A stretch of 32,000 bases of DNA from Bdellovibrionales bacterium (lineage in GTDB: Bacteria > Bdellovibrionota > Bdellovibrionia > Bdellovibrionales > UBA1609): contig OY843585.1 of assembly GCA_963692945.1 (NCBI GenBank), positions 480,001 through 512,000 on the forward strand. Reading direction: 5' to 3'. The position numbers were made by a program, and so were the translations under genes. The notes beneath the pieces are model-generated. The model was not told where the DNA came from and did no database searches. It worked only from the letters and a program-made list of their open reading frames with translations. Within the stretch, counting starts at the first letter, position 1, and each line of letters opens with the position of its first letter. Of the stretch, positions 17,884-25,285 are shown piece after piece.

Positions 17884-19232
17884 GAAAAAGGCTTGTTCGC
17901 CATATTGTTTCTCTGGGTTTTGTTTTTAGTGTTGTAGGTTATGCCTATTATGAGTACTTAAAAACTAAAGAATCTAAAAAGATAGAATCTCAAAGCAGTT
18001 ATTTTCTTACTCAGCAGTTTAAAGACCTTTCTGGAATAAAAATAAAAAAAGAAAAAAAAGTCATAACGCTTTTAAAAAAAAATCAAGATTGGTTTTTAAA
18101 AAAGCCCCTTAGAGATGTAGCCTCTTTTTCTGAAGTGTCTCGTTGGTTTGATGAAGTTAGAAATCAAAGAATAAGAGAGATTTTTATAGAGGGAGATATT
18201 GTATGGAAGGATTATTATCTTGAAAGGAGTCCTGAAGTTCAGTTGGAGTTTTCAAATGGAAGTTCAATAACTTTTTTAGTGAGTTCTAAAAGCTCCTTTG
18301 ATGAAAAATATTTTATAAAAAGAGACAATAAACTATTTGTTGGTGAGAAATATTTTTTTACGGAAGTGAATTCAAAAAGTTTTGATTCTTTTCGGCGTAA
18401 AAAGATCATTCCAAGTTATGGTCATCCTATAAAAGTTGTCCTTAAAAGTAACAGAACGCTATCTTTGAATTGGGATAATTATAAATGGTCTTTTAAAGAG
18501 AAAGATTTTCCTTTAAGTAACAAACGTTTAGATGATTTTTGGTCAGACTTATCTAGTATTGAGGCCCGATCATTTAAAGAAAGGGCAACGGCTTTTTATT
18601 TAAAAAAATATGGATTGGATCAAGCAGATTATCAAATACAGTTAAGTTATAGTGGTGGGAAGAAAACAACCATTAAAATAAATCCTGTAAAAAACAATCA
18701 GGTTTATGTTTATGGCTCTCATAGAGATTATATTTTAGAAATATCAAAAGAGGATATGGAAAAAATAAAAATTTCTAAAAACGATATTCGCGATCATGGT
18801 CAGGCTTTTCGGTATGAAAAAGATAAAGTTTCCAGTTTGGAGTTAAAATCTGAAAAGATATCTTACTCAGTTATAAAGAAAAAAGATCAATGGGTTTCTC
18901 TTTCTTCTCCAAAGAAAAAAGTGGATTCCAAAAAAGTTCAATCTCTACTGAACTCTATTTATAAGTTAAGAGGTCAAAAATATAAAAAGGGAAACCTTAA
19001 AAAAGTTGCAGCTTCTATTATAATTAAAGGAGCTTCTGGAAAAGTTTTACTGGAGTTAAAATCTGATTCAGGTGCAGGTTCTATCGTGTGGGTTCAAACC
19101 AATCTTTCTAAAGGTTTAGTGGCTATTTCTAAGTCTTCTTTAGATTTGATTTTGCAAAAACATGTTTACCATTCGGTTGTAAATTTGAAAAAAGACAAAA
19201 CAAAAAAATCAGATAAATCAGATAAAGAATAG
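17880..19232 (+). CDS. DUF4340-like protein (usual fourth gene of GldG-type ABC operons)
   Basis: GTGA overlap with the upstream stop. N-terminal TM anchor. The assignment rests on operon context plus general architecture. Its last ~125 nt are repeated twice downstream. Confidence 0.55.
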   Translation: MRKRLVRHIVSLGFVFSVVGYAYYEYLKTKESKKIESQSSYFLTQQFKDLSGIKIKKEKKVITLLKKNQDWFLKKPLRDVASFSEVSRWFDEVRNQRIREIFIEGDIVWKDYYLERSPEVQLEFSNGSSITFLVSSKSSFDEKYFIKRDNKLFVGEKYFFTEVNSKSFDSFRRKKIIPSYGHPIKVVLKSNRTLSLNWDNYKWSFKEKDFPLSNKRLDDFWSDLSSIEARSFKERATAFYLKKYGLDQADYQIQLSYSGGKKTTIKINPVKNNQVYVYGSHRDYILEISKEDMEKIKISKNDIRDHGQAFRYEKDKVSSLELKSEKISYSVIKKKDQWVSLSSPKKKVDSKKVQSLLNSIYKLRGQKYKKGNLKKVAASIIIKGASGKVLLELKSDSGAGSIVWVQTNLSKGLVAISKSSLDLILQKHVYHSVVNLKKDKTKKSDKSDKE

Positions 19233-19283
19233 ATTGTAGATACTATGGAAACAAGTGGCTAATAACTACTGACAATAGTGATT

Positions 19284-19304
19284 CTAGATCATGATCTAGT
19301 TTTT
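19284..19304 (+). terminator. candidate intrinsic terminator after the DUF4340 gene
   Basis: Perfect 16-bp palindrome ctagatcatgatctag followed by ttttt. The stem is AT-rich and therefore weak. A near copy lies at 20762-20784. Confidence 0.35.
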
Positions 19305-19310
19305 CTATCT

Positions 19311-19338
19311 TTGTATAAAAAGCCTAAGAAGGTATAGG
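19311..19338 (+). promoter_or_regulatory. candidate promoter of ankyrin cassette 1
   Basis: TTGTAT, 16-nt spacer, TATAGG. The paralogous site at 20789-20816 reads TTGTAT-16-TATAGT. Confidence 0.3.
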
Positions 19339-19427
19339 TTACTTACTTAGATTTTTAATTGAATTAAATGCTTAGATATAGTTAATTAGATATTAGTGTT
19401 AATCTTTTCAAAAAACTTAAAGAGGTA

Positions 19428-20186
19428 ATGATGAAAACTTTATTTGCATTTACATTTGTATTTTTAATGAGTGGACTTTATATTCAACCGAGTTTTGCTA
19501 CTGAAAAAAAACAATTAGGTGAATCTTTATTAAGGAATGCAAGAAACGGAAATATAAACGCAGTGAAAGGTTTATTAAAAGACGGTGCAGATGTCAATTA
19601 CCTTGGAGTTGTTGAAAGAGATAACACTGCTATGAGTACTGCACTTATAGAAGCATCTACATATGGACATTACAATATGGTCAAGTTCTTGTTAGATAAA
19701 GGAGCAGATCCAGATGTTTTTAGATTACAATATATCTCAAAACATGTATCAAGTTCATTTCATGGAGCAGTCAGAAATGGGCATTTCAGTATTGTAAAAC
19801 TTTTGGCAGAAAGAGGGGCAAGTATTCCACCTAAACGTTTAAAAAAATATCCTGACTATTACAAAAGAAACATTCTACTTCATGAAGCGGTTAAATATAA
19901 ACATCTCAATATAGTGAAATTCTTATTAGATAAAGGGGTAGATATAAATGCAAAAGATAAAAATGGAAACACGGCCTTGCACTCACTAATTAAGCAGGGT
20001 AAGAGGGGTCTTTTAGATAAAAACACGTTTGATATAGCAGAATTATTGCTATCAAGAAAAGCAGATGTAAATGTAAAAAATAATCTTGGTCTAACTCCTT
20101 TCATGTCGGCAGATTCTTATAAACGAAAAACATTTTTAAAATTTTTAAAAGCAAATGGAATTAAAGGACAATACATTCAAAAGTAA
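19428..20186 (+). CDS. secreted ankyrin-repeat protein, paralogue 1
   Basis: Signal peptide MMKTLFAFTFVFLMSGLYIQPSFA. ANK motifs (GADVNY, NMVKFLLDKGADP, LLHEAVKYKHLNIVKFLLDKGVDINAKDKNGNTALH). RBS AGAGG. Confidence 0.85.
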   Translation: MMKTLFAFTFVFLMSGLYIQPSFATEKKQLGESLLRNARNGNINAVKGLLKDGADVNYLGVVERDNTAMSTALIEASTYGHYNMVKFLLDKGADPDVFRLQYISKHVSSSFHGAVRNGHFSIVKLLAERGASIPPKRLKKYPDYYKRNILLHEAVKYKHLNIVKFLLDKGVDINAKDKNGNTALHSLIKQGKRGLLDKNTFDIAELLLSRKADVNVKNNLGLTPFMSADSYKRKTFLKFLKANGIKGQYIQK

Positions 20187-20219
20187 AAAACCTGCGTTGG
20201 TAAGAGAATAGAAATTAGT

Positions 20220-20360
20220 TCTAAAGATTTAGTGGCTGTCTCTAAATCTTCTTTAGATTTGATTTTTCAAAAACATGTTTACCATTCGGTTGTAAAATCG
20301 GTTTTAAAAAAAGACATGAAACAAAATTTGAAAAAAGATAGAACAAAAAAAATCAGATAA
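20220..20360 (+). pseudogene. detached copy (X2) of the 3' end of the DUF4340 gene
   Basis: Reads SKDLVAVSKSSLDLIFQKHVYHSVVKSVLKKD...* in the same frame as the native SKGLVAISKSSLDLILQKHVYHSVV. There is no upstream coding continuity. Nucleotide homology to 19107-19272 continues past the stop. Confidence 0.65.
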
Positions 20361-20393
20361 AGAATAGATTGTAGCCACTATGAAAATAAGTGG

Positions 20394-20763
20394 CTAATAA
20401 CTACTAACTACTGATGATAATAATACTCACAAAAGATTCTACATCCTAAAAGTAAAATACGGTTAATAACTACTAACTACTGATGATAGTGCTCTCACAA
20501 AAGATTCTACATCCTAAAAATAAAATACGGTTAATAACTACTAACTACTGACGATAATAATACTCACAAAAGATTCTACATCCTAAAAGTAAAATACGGT
20601 TAATAACTACTAACTACTGATGATAGTGCTCTCACAAAAGATTCTACATCCTAAAAGTAAAATACGGTTACTAACTACTAACTACTGACGATAATAATAC
20701 TCACAAAAGATTCTACATCCTAAAAGTAAAATACGGTTACTAACTACTGATGATAATAATACT
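20394..20763. repeat. tandem repeat, ~69-bp unit, about 5.4 copies, two alternating variants
   Basis: Unit starts (taataac/tactaac) fall at 20395, 20464, 20532, 20601, 20669 and 20738, giving periods of 68-69. The variants differ at gatgataataatactcac versus gatgatagtgctctcac. Stops occur in all frames. Confidence 0.9.
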
Positions 20764-20788
20764 AGACCATGATCTAGTTTTTTTATCT

Positions 20789-20871
<83 letters not shown>

Positions 20872-20949
20872 GGTTTTTAATTGCATTAAATACTTAGATA
20901 TAGTTAATTATATATTAGTGTTAATCTTTTCAAAAAACTTAAGGAGATA

Positions 20950-21672
20950 ATGATGAAAATTTTATTTACATTTGTATTTTTAATGAGTGGATTTTATATT
21001 CAACCGAGTTTTGCTACTAAAAATAAAAAAGAACAATTAGGTGAATCTTTAGTAAAGCATGCAAAAAACGGAAATATAAACACAGTGGAAGGTTTATTAA
21101 AAGACGGTGCAGATATTAATTATTTCTTGGGCTTTGAGAATTCACTTATATCAGCATCTAGAGTTGGAGATTACAATATGGTCAAGTTCTTGTTAGATAA
21201 AGGAGCAGATATAAAGCGGGGTAATGTAAACATAATCACAAAATATATGAGAACTCCACTTCATGCATCAGTCAGATATGGGCATTTCAATATTGTAAAA
21301 TTTTTGACAGAAAGAGGGGCAAGTATTCCACCTAAAATCTCAAAAAAATATCCTGACTATTACAAAAGAAACATTCTACTTCATGAAGCGGTTAAAAATA
21401 AACATCTCAATATAGCGAAATTCTTATTAGATAAAGGGGTAGATGTAAATGCAAAAGATAAAAAGGGAAACACGGCCTTGTACTTAATAGTTAAGAAGGA
21501 AGGTAAGAAGGGTCTTTTAGATAAAAACGCGTTTGAAATTGCAAGATTATTGGTATCAAGAAAAGCAGATGTACATACAAAAAATGATCTTGGTCTAACT
21601 CCTTTTAAAGTGGCAACTTCTTATAAACGAAAAAAGTTTTTAAATTTTTTAAAAGCAAGTGGAGTTAAATAA
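20950..21672 (+). CDS. secreted ankyrin-repeat protein, paralogue 2
   Basis: Signal peptide MMKILFTFVFLMSGFYIQPSFA. ANK repeats (TPLHASVRYGHFNIVKFLTERGA, LLHEAVKNKHLNIAKFLLDKGVDVNAKDKKGNTALY). Confidence 0.85.
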   Translation: MMKILFTFVFLMSGFYIQPSFATKNKKEQLGESLVKHAKNGNINTVEGLLKDGADINYFLGFENSLISASRVGDYNMVKFLLDKGADIKRGNVNIITKYMRTPLHASVRYGHFNIVKFLTERGASIPPKISKKYPDYYKRNILLHEAVKNKHLNIAKFLLDKGVDVNAKDKKGNTALYLIVKKEGKKGLLDKNAFEIARLLVSRKADVHTKNDLGLTPFKVATSYKRKKFLNFLKASGVK

Positions 21673-21734
21673 TATATATTCAAAGGTAAAAGACCTGTGT
21701 TGGTCTTAGATTTTCAAAAAAACTTAAGGAGGTA

Positions 21735-22514
21735 ATGATGAAAATTTTATTTATATTTGTATTTTTAATGAGTGGATTTTATATTCAACCGAGTTTTGCT
21801 ACTAAAAATAAAAGAGATTTATTAGGTACATCTTTATTAAAGAATGTAAAAAACAGAAATATAAACACAGTGAAAGGTTTATTAAAAGACGGTGCAGATG
21901 TCAATTACACTGGAGATGAAGTAACAGATAATACTACTGCACTTATAGAAGCATCTAGAAATGGAGATTACAATATGGTCCAGTTCTTGTTAGATAAAGG
22001 AGCAGATCCAGAGCTTAGTAGAATCGGCACAGCAACAAACCATATATCAAGTCCACTTCTTGTAGCAATCAGAAATGGGGATTTCAATATGGTAAAATTT
22101 TTGGTAAAAAGAGGGGCAAGAATTCCAGCAACTGGACTCTTAAAAAGATATCCTAACTATTACAAAAGGCAAAGGCTACTTCATGAAGCGGTTAGATATA
22201 AACATATCAATATAGTGAAATTCTTATTAGATAAAGGGGTAGATGTAAATGCAAAAGATAAAAATGGAAATACTACCTTGCACTCACTAATTAAGCAGGG
22301 TAAGAGAGGTCTTTTAGATAAAAACACGTTTGATATAGCAGAATTATTGCTATCAAGAAAAGCAGATGTAAATGTAAAAAATAATCTTGGTCTAACTCCT
22401 TTCATGTCGGCAGATTCTTATAAACGAAAAACATTTTTAAAATTTTTAAAAGCAAATGGAATTAAAGGATATAAGTTCAAAAGAAGTAAAAGACCTGTTT
22501 TGGTAAGAGAATAG
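21735..22514 (+). CDS. secreted ankyrin-repeat protein, paralogue 3
   Basis: Same signal peptide and ANK repeats. It starts 62 nt after paralogue 2 with its own AGGAGG RBS but no intervening promoter block. Its 3' part is near-identical to paralogue 1. Confidence 0.85.
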   Translation: MMKILFIFVFLMSGFYIQPSFATKNKRDLLGTSLLKNVKNRNINTVKGLLKDGADVNYTGDEVTDNTTALIEASRNGDYNMVQFLLDKGADPELSRIGTATNHISSPLLVAIRNGDFNMVKFLVKRGARIPATGLLKRYPNYYKRQRLLHEAVRYKHINIVKFLLDKGVDVNAKDKNGNTTLHSLIKQGKRGLLDKNTFDIAELLLSRKADVNVKNNLGLTPFMSADSYKRKTFLKFLKANGIKGYKFKRSKRPVLVRE

Positions 22515-22558
22515 AACATCAATTCTAAAGATTTAGTGGTAAAAGAATAAAAATCAAT

Positions 22559-22690
22559 TCTAAAGATTTAGTGGCTGTTCCTAAGTCTTCTTTAGATTTG
22601 ATTTTGCAAAAACATGTTTACCATTCGGTTGTAAAATCGGGTTTAAAAAAAGATAAACTTTCTAAACCTGATAAATCAACAAAACCTTAA
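22559..22690 (+). pseudogene. detached copy (X3) of the 3' end of the DUF4340 gene
   Basis: Reads SKDLVAVPKSSLDLILQKHVYHSVVKSGLKKDKLSKPDKSTKP* in frame. It is preceded by a stuttered ~32-nt segment (22508-22539 / 22544-22575). Confidence 0.65.
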
Positions 22691-22723
22691 ATTTTTGTCT
22701 CTGATTGTGGTTTTCAGCTATTT

Positions 22724-22779
22724 TAATGTGCCTTTTATAGCACATTAAGTGAGGTTTAATGTGCCTTTTACAGCACATA
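22724..22779. promoter_or_regulatory. two tandem inverted repeats (AATGTGC-N8-GCACATT and ATGTGC-N8-GCACAT), candidate operators
   Basis: taatgtgccttttatagcacatta (22724-22747) and taatgtgccttttacagcacata (22757-22779), 40-95 nt upstream of the HTH gene start at 22820. Confidence 0.4.
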
Positions 22780-22819
22780 TTTCTTTACAAAATACAGATT
22801 TTAGAGTAGGCTTAGATTT

Positions 22820-23314
22820 ATGAAACACGATATTAAAAAAATAAAATCTCAAAGACGTATCATGGATAAAAAACTTACATCATGGAAAAAACTTAGATTA
22901 GACAGAAGACCTCCGAAAGGTTGGTTGCGATCCATTCGAGAATCTTTAGGGATGAGCATTACACAACTAGCAAAAAGAGTTGGAGTTAGTAACCATTCAT
23001 CCATTGTCCGTTTAGAAGAAAGAGAATCTCAAGGTAAAGCCTCTATTGAATCTCTTAGTAAAGCTGCTGAAGCTATGAATTGTAAGTTTATTTATGCGAT
23101 TGTTCCAAAAAAAGAATTTTCTAGTTTAGAAGATATTATAGATCAACGAGCAAAAAAAATGGCAAAGAATATAATTAGAGAAGTAGATCAAACTATGAGA
23201 CTTGAGTCTCAAGGTGTTTTTACTCAAAAAGAGATACAAAAACAAATCTCTAAGACGTCTGTAGATTTAAAATCTAAGATCATCTCTTCTTTCTGGAAAG
23301 ATACTAAAGAATAA
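22820..23314 (+). CDS. mobile mystery protein A-like HTH protein
   Basis: The HTH segment LRSIRESLGMSITQLAKRVGVSNHSSIVRLEERE and its pairing with a downstream Fic gene match the mobile mystery protein A/B pair as I remember it. Confidence 0.65.
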   Translation: MKHDIKKIKSQRRIMDKKLTSWKKLRLDRRPPKGWLRSIRESLGMSITQLAKRVGVSNHSSIVRLEERESQGKASIESLSKAAEAMNCKFIYAIVPKKEFSSLEDIIDQRAKKMAKNIIREVDQTMRLESQGVFTQKEIQKQISKTSVDLKSKIISSFWKDTKE

Positions 23315-23917
23315 ATGAGTAAAATTAAGTTAGATTACCCAAGTGGAGCAACACCTCTTGATAAGAATGAAATGGCAGGCCTTATACCTAGTTATATTAC
23401 AACGCAAGATGAATTAAATGATTTAGAACAAGAAAATATCAAAGTAGCTACTGAATGGACTTACACTAAAAACTTTTCAGATATTCTCAATGTAACATTC
23501 TGTCTTGATCTTCATAAAAAAATGTTCAATGAGGTATGGAGCTGGGCTGGAATGTTTAGACAAACTCAAAAAAATTTAGGTGTTGATCCACAAGAAATCG
23601 GAGATAAATTAGAACAATTATTTCAAAATACAAAGTATTGGATTGAAAACAACATTTATGAATGGGATGAATTAGCTACTAGGTTTCATCATAAGTTAGT
23701 TTCTATTCATTGCTTTTCAAATGGAAATGGTCGTCATGCTCGTTTAATGACTAACTTACTTTTAAAAGTAAATAATAAAAAACTTTTTACATGGGGAAGT
23801 AAAAGTTCTAAATGTCCGATTGAAACTCAAGGTACAATTCGCAACTCTTACCTATCTGCTCTTAAAAAAGCAGATAATAATTCTTTTTCTGATCTTATTA
23901 TTTTTGTTAGAAGTTAG
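23315..23917 (+). CDS. Fic/DOC family protein (mobile mystery protein B-like)
   Basis: Fic motif HCFSNGNGRHAR at residues 132-143 (nt 23708-23743). The ATG directly follows the stop of the upstream gene (TAAATG). Confidence 0.8.
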   Translation: MSKIKLDYPSGATPLDKNEMAGLIPSYITTQDELNDLEQENIKVATEWTYTKNFSDILNVTFCLDLHKKMFNEVWSWAGMFRQTQKNLGVDPQEIGDKLEQLFQNTKYWIENNIYEWDELATRFHHKLVSIHCFSNGNGRHARLMTNLLLKVNNKKLFTWGSKSSKCPIETQGTIRNSYLSALKKADNNSFSDLIIFVRS

Positions 23918-23942
23918 GTTTAATTTATTTGATTTTCAGTTT

Positions 23943-24296
23943 TTAATTAACACACTCTGTTATTTCTTTAAATTTTTTAAACATAGTAATAGAACATTTT
24001 TTATGTATTTCAAAACCTTTATCTGGTTGCAAACATTCGTTAGACTGGCTTGCAATTGCATTTAATTTTTTGCCCTTATCTTTGCTTACTTGAAGAAAAC
24101 CTGAACCTAAAGTGCGAATTGTGTTAAGATAAGAAATAGTACAATTAATAAACATCTCGTCACTTCTAACTTTTTCAATACATTTAATTGTTTCGCTAAA
24201 AAAATGACAACGTAATTCTTGATTAGATGGAGCGGAATTGTTAGGTGCTATTCCCCACGCTTTAAATGTAATCAAGAAAAGTAAAAGATACCTCAT
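23943..24296 (-). CDS. small secreted Cys-containing protein, unknown function
   Basis: 117 aa. Signal-like N-terminus MRYLLLFLITFKAWG. Six Cys residues in the mature part. No motif recognised. Confidence 0.45.
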   Translation of the reverse strand: MRYLLLFLITFKAWGIAPNNSAPSNQELRCHFFSETIKCIEKVRSDEMFINCTISYLNTIRTLGSGFLQVSKDKGKKLNAIASQSNECLQPDKGFEIHKKCSITMFKKFKEITECVN

Positions 24297-24399
24297 AAAT
24301 TCTCCTTATTTTTGAAATCTAATGTATATAAACATAAGAGTTACCCTTATTTTTGTCAATTATTTTTTTAAGGTTTTAGAAAATTTGAAATTGATGTGT

Positions 24400-24577
24400 A
24401 TTTCCGTTACTAGGGAATGCATTATACTAAAGAAACTTGTAATAATTACACACGCCCCCGTATATAACAGGTTTCAGTTACTAGGGAATGTGTTGTACTA
24501 AAGAAACTGTTAATATGCCCAATAGGACTTATGAAAAGGAGTTTCAGTTACTAGGGAATGTGTTATACTAAAGAAAC
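24400..24577. CRISPR. orphan CRISPR-like mini-array: three 37-bp repeats, two spacers (34 and 33 nt)
   Basis: R1 24400-24436 atttccgttactagggaatgcattatactaaagaaac has 4 mismatches to R3. R2 24471-24507 has 1 mismatch. R3 24541-24577 is gtttcagttactagggaatgtgttatactaaagaaac. The spacers ttgtaataattacacacgcccccgtatataacag and tgttaatatgcccaataggacttatgaaaagga are unrelated to each other. The six-frame track contains no cas-like ORF. Confidence 0.6.
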
Positions 24578-24688
24578 TGAGTGTAAGCACCTACATAAAA
24601 GTCTAAGGCTTGTACCGCACTATGCTTTTAATATTAAGACACATGGAAGATTGTCTGAATTGAGAACAAACGGGAGGATTAAAAACCC

Positions 24689-25225
24689 TTGAAAATGAAA
24701 AAATATTTTTCTAGAAAATTTCTTTTTTCCATAAAAGGACGATTAAATAGAAAAGACTATGTATTATTTAATTTAGTTTTTTTATCTTTAATCTCTTTAG
24801 TTGTAATTTTAAGACCTGTGGTTGAAAATATTTCTACTTCTCTCCCTCCTATTCAGACTCTGTCTATTCTTCCTCTGATTCTTCTTCTGATTCAGACTGT
24901 TCTTCTCGCTCTTTTTCTGATTCTTCTGGCAGCTATAATTTATATTCTAGTAGCTTGTTATATTTTTGGATCAATTTCAACAACTATAAAAAGGCTTCAT
25001 GATTTCAATTTTAGTGGTTGGTGGTTGTTTTTTGCTTTTATTTTGTTTGTAATTTTATGTTTATTAGAGCTTGTTATGACTGGGAAATTGGAAAGTGCTA
25101 TCGATTCATTTGACGAATTAATTACATATAATTTATTTGGGAGTATTTTTGCTCTATTGCTTATATTCAAAAAAGGAACAGTAGGGAAAAATAAATTTGG
25201 AGAGGGATCCATAAAAGTAGTTTAA
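24689..25225 (+). CDS. DUF805 family inner-membrane protein
   Basis: GRLNRKDY near the N-terminus and KRLHDFNFSGWW are the DUF805 hallmarks. Multiple TM helices. The start is ambiguous (TTG 24689 or ATG 24695). Confidence 0.7.
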   Translation: MKMKKYFSRKFLFSIKGRLNRKDYVLFNLVFLSLISLVVILRPVVENISTSLPPIQTLSILPLILLLIQTVLLALFLILLAAIIYILVACYIFGSISTTIKRLHDFNFSGWWLFFAFILFVILCLLELVMTGKLESAIDSFDELITYNLFGSIFALLLIFKKGTVGKNKFGEGSIKVV

Positions 25226-25285
25226 AATAATAAAATGGTTTTAAAATCTTATTTTTAACAACTTGTTTTAAAATACAAAAAAAGC

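Noticed and set aside
19880-20104. Near-identical 74-aa minus-strand ORFs at 19880-20104 and 22181-22405
   Set aside because: Their conservation is explained entirely by the 188/189-nt identity of the ankyrin 1 and 3 coding sequences on the plus strand.
20394-20763. The 69-bp tandem repeat considered as a CRISPR array
   Set aside because: The whole unit is repeated, with only two alternating variants. There are no unique spacers, so it is a satellite-type tandem repeat.
22820-23917. Canonical Fic inhibitory motif (S/T)xxxE(G/N) in the HTH partner or in the Fic N-terminus
   Set aside because: It was not found on reading both proteins. The nearest strings (TMRLES and TTQDEL) do not fit, so no class I/II assignment is claimed.
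23820-24065. 81-aa plus-strand ORF overlapping the Fic gene end and the 117-aa minus-strand ORF
   Set aside because: It is an out-of-frame overlap with a motif-supported gene, gives an implausible Phe/Leu-rich AT-driven peptide, and has no RBS.
24628-24644. Possible tracrRNA-like anti-repeat (ttaatattaagacacat, partly complementary to aatgtgttatactaa of the repeat)
   Set aside because: Only about 13 pairs can be formed and they need two bulges. In AT-rich DNA this is easily chance. It would need RNA-seq and a cas9 gene elsewhere to be taken seriously.
24611-24648. A possible fourth, degenerate CRISPR repeat one spacer length after repeat 3
   Set aside because: Position-by-position comparison gave only 8-12 matches out of 37, which is not above expectation.
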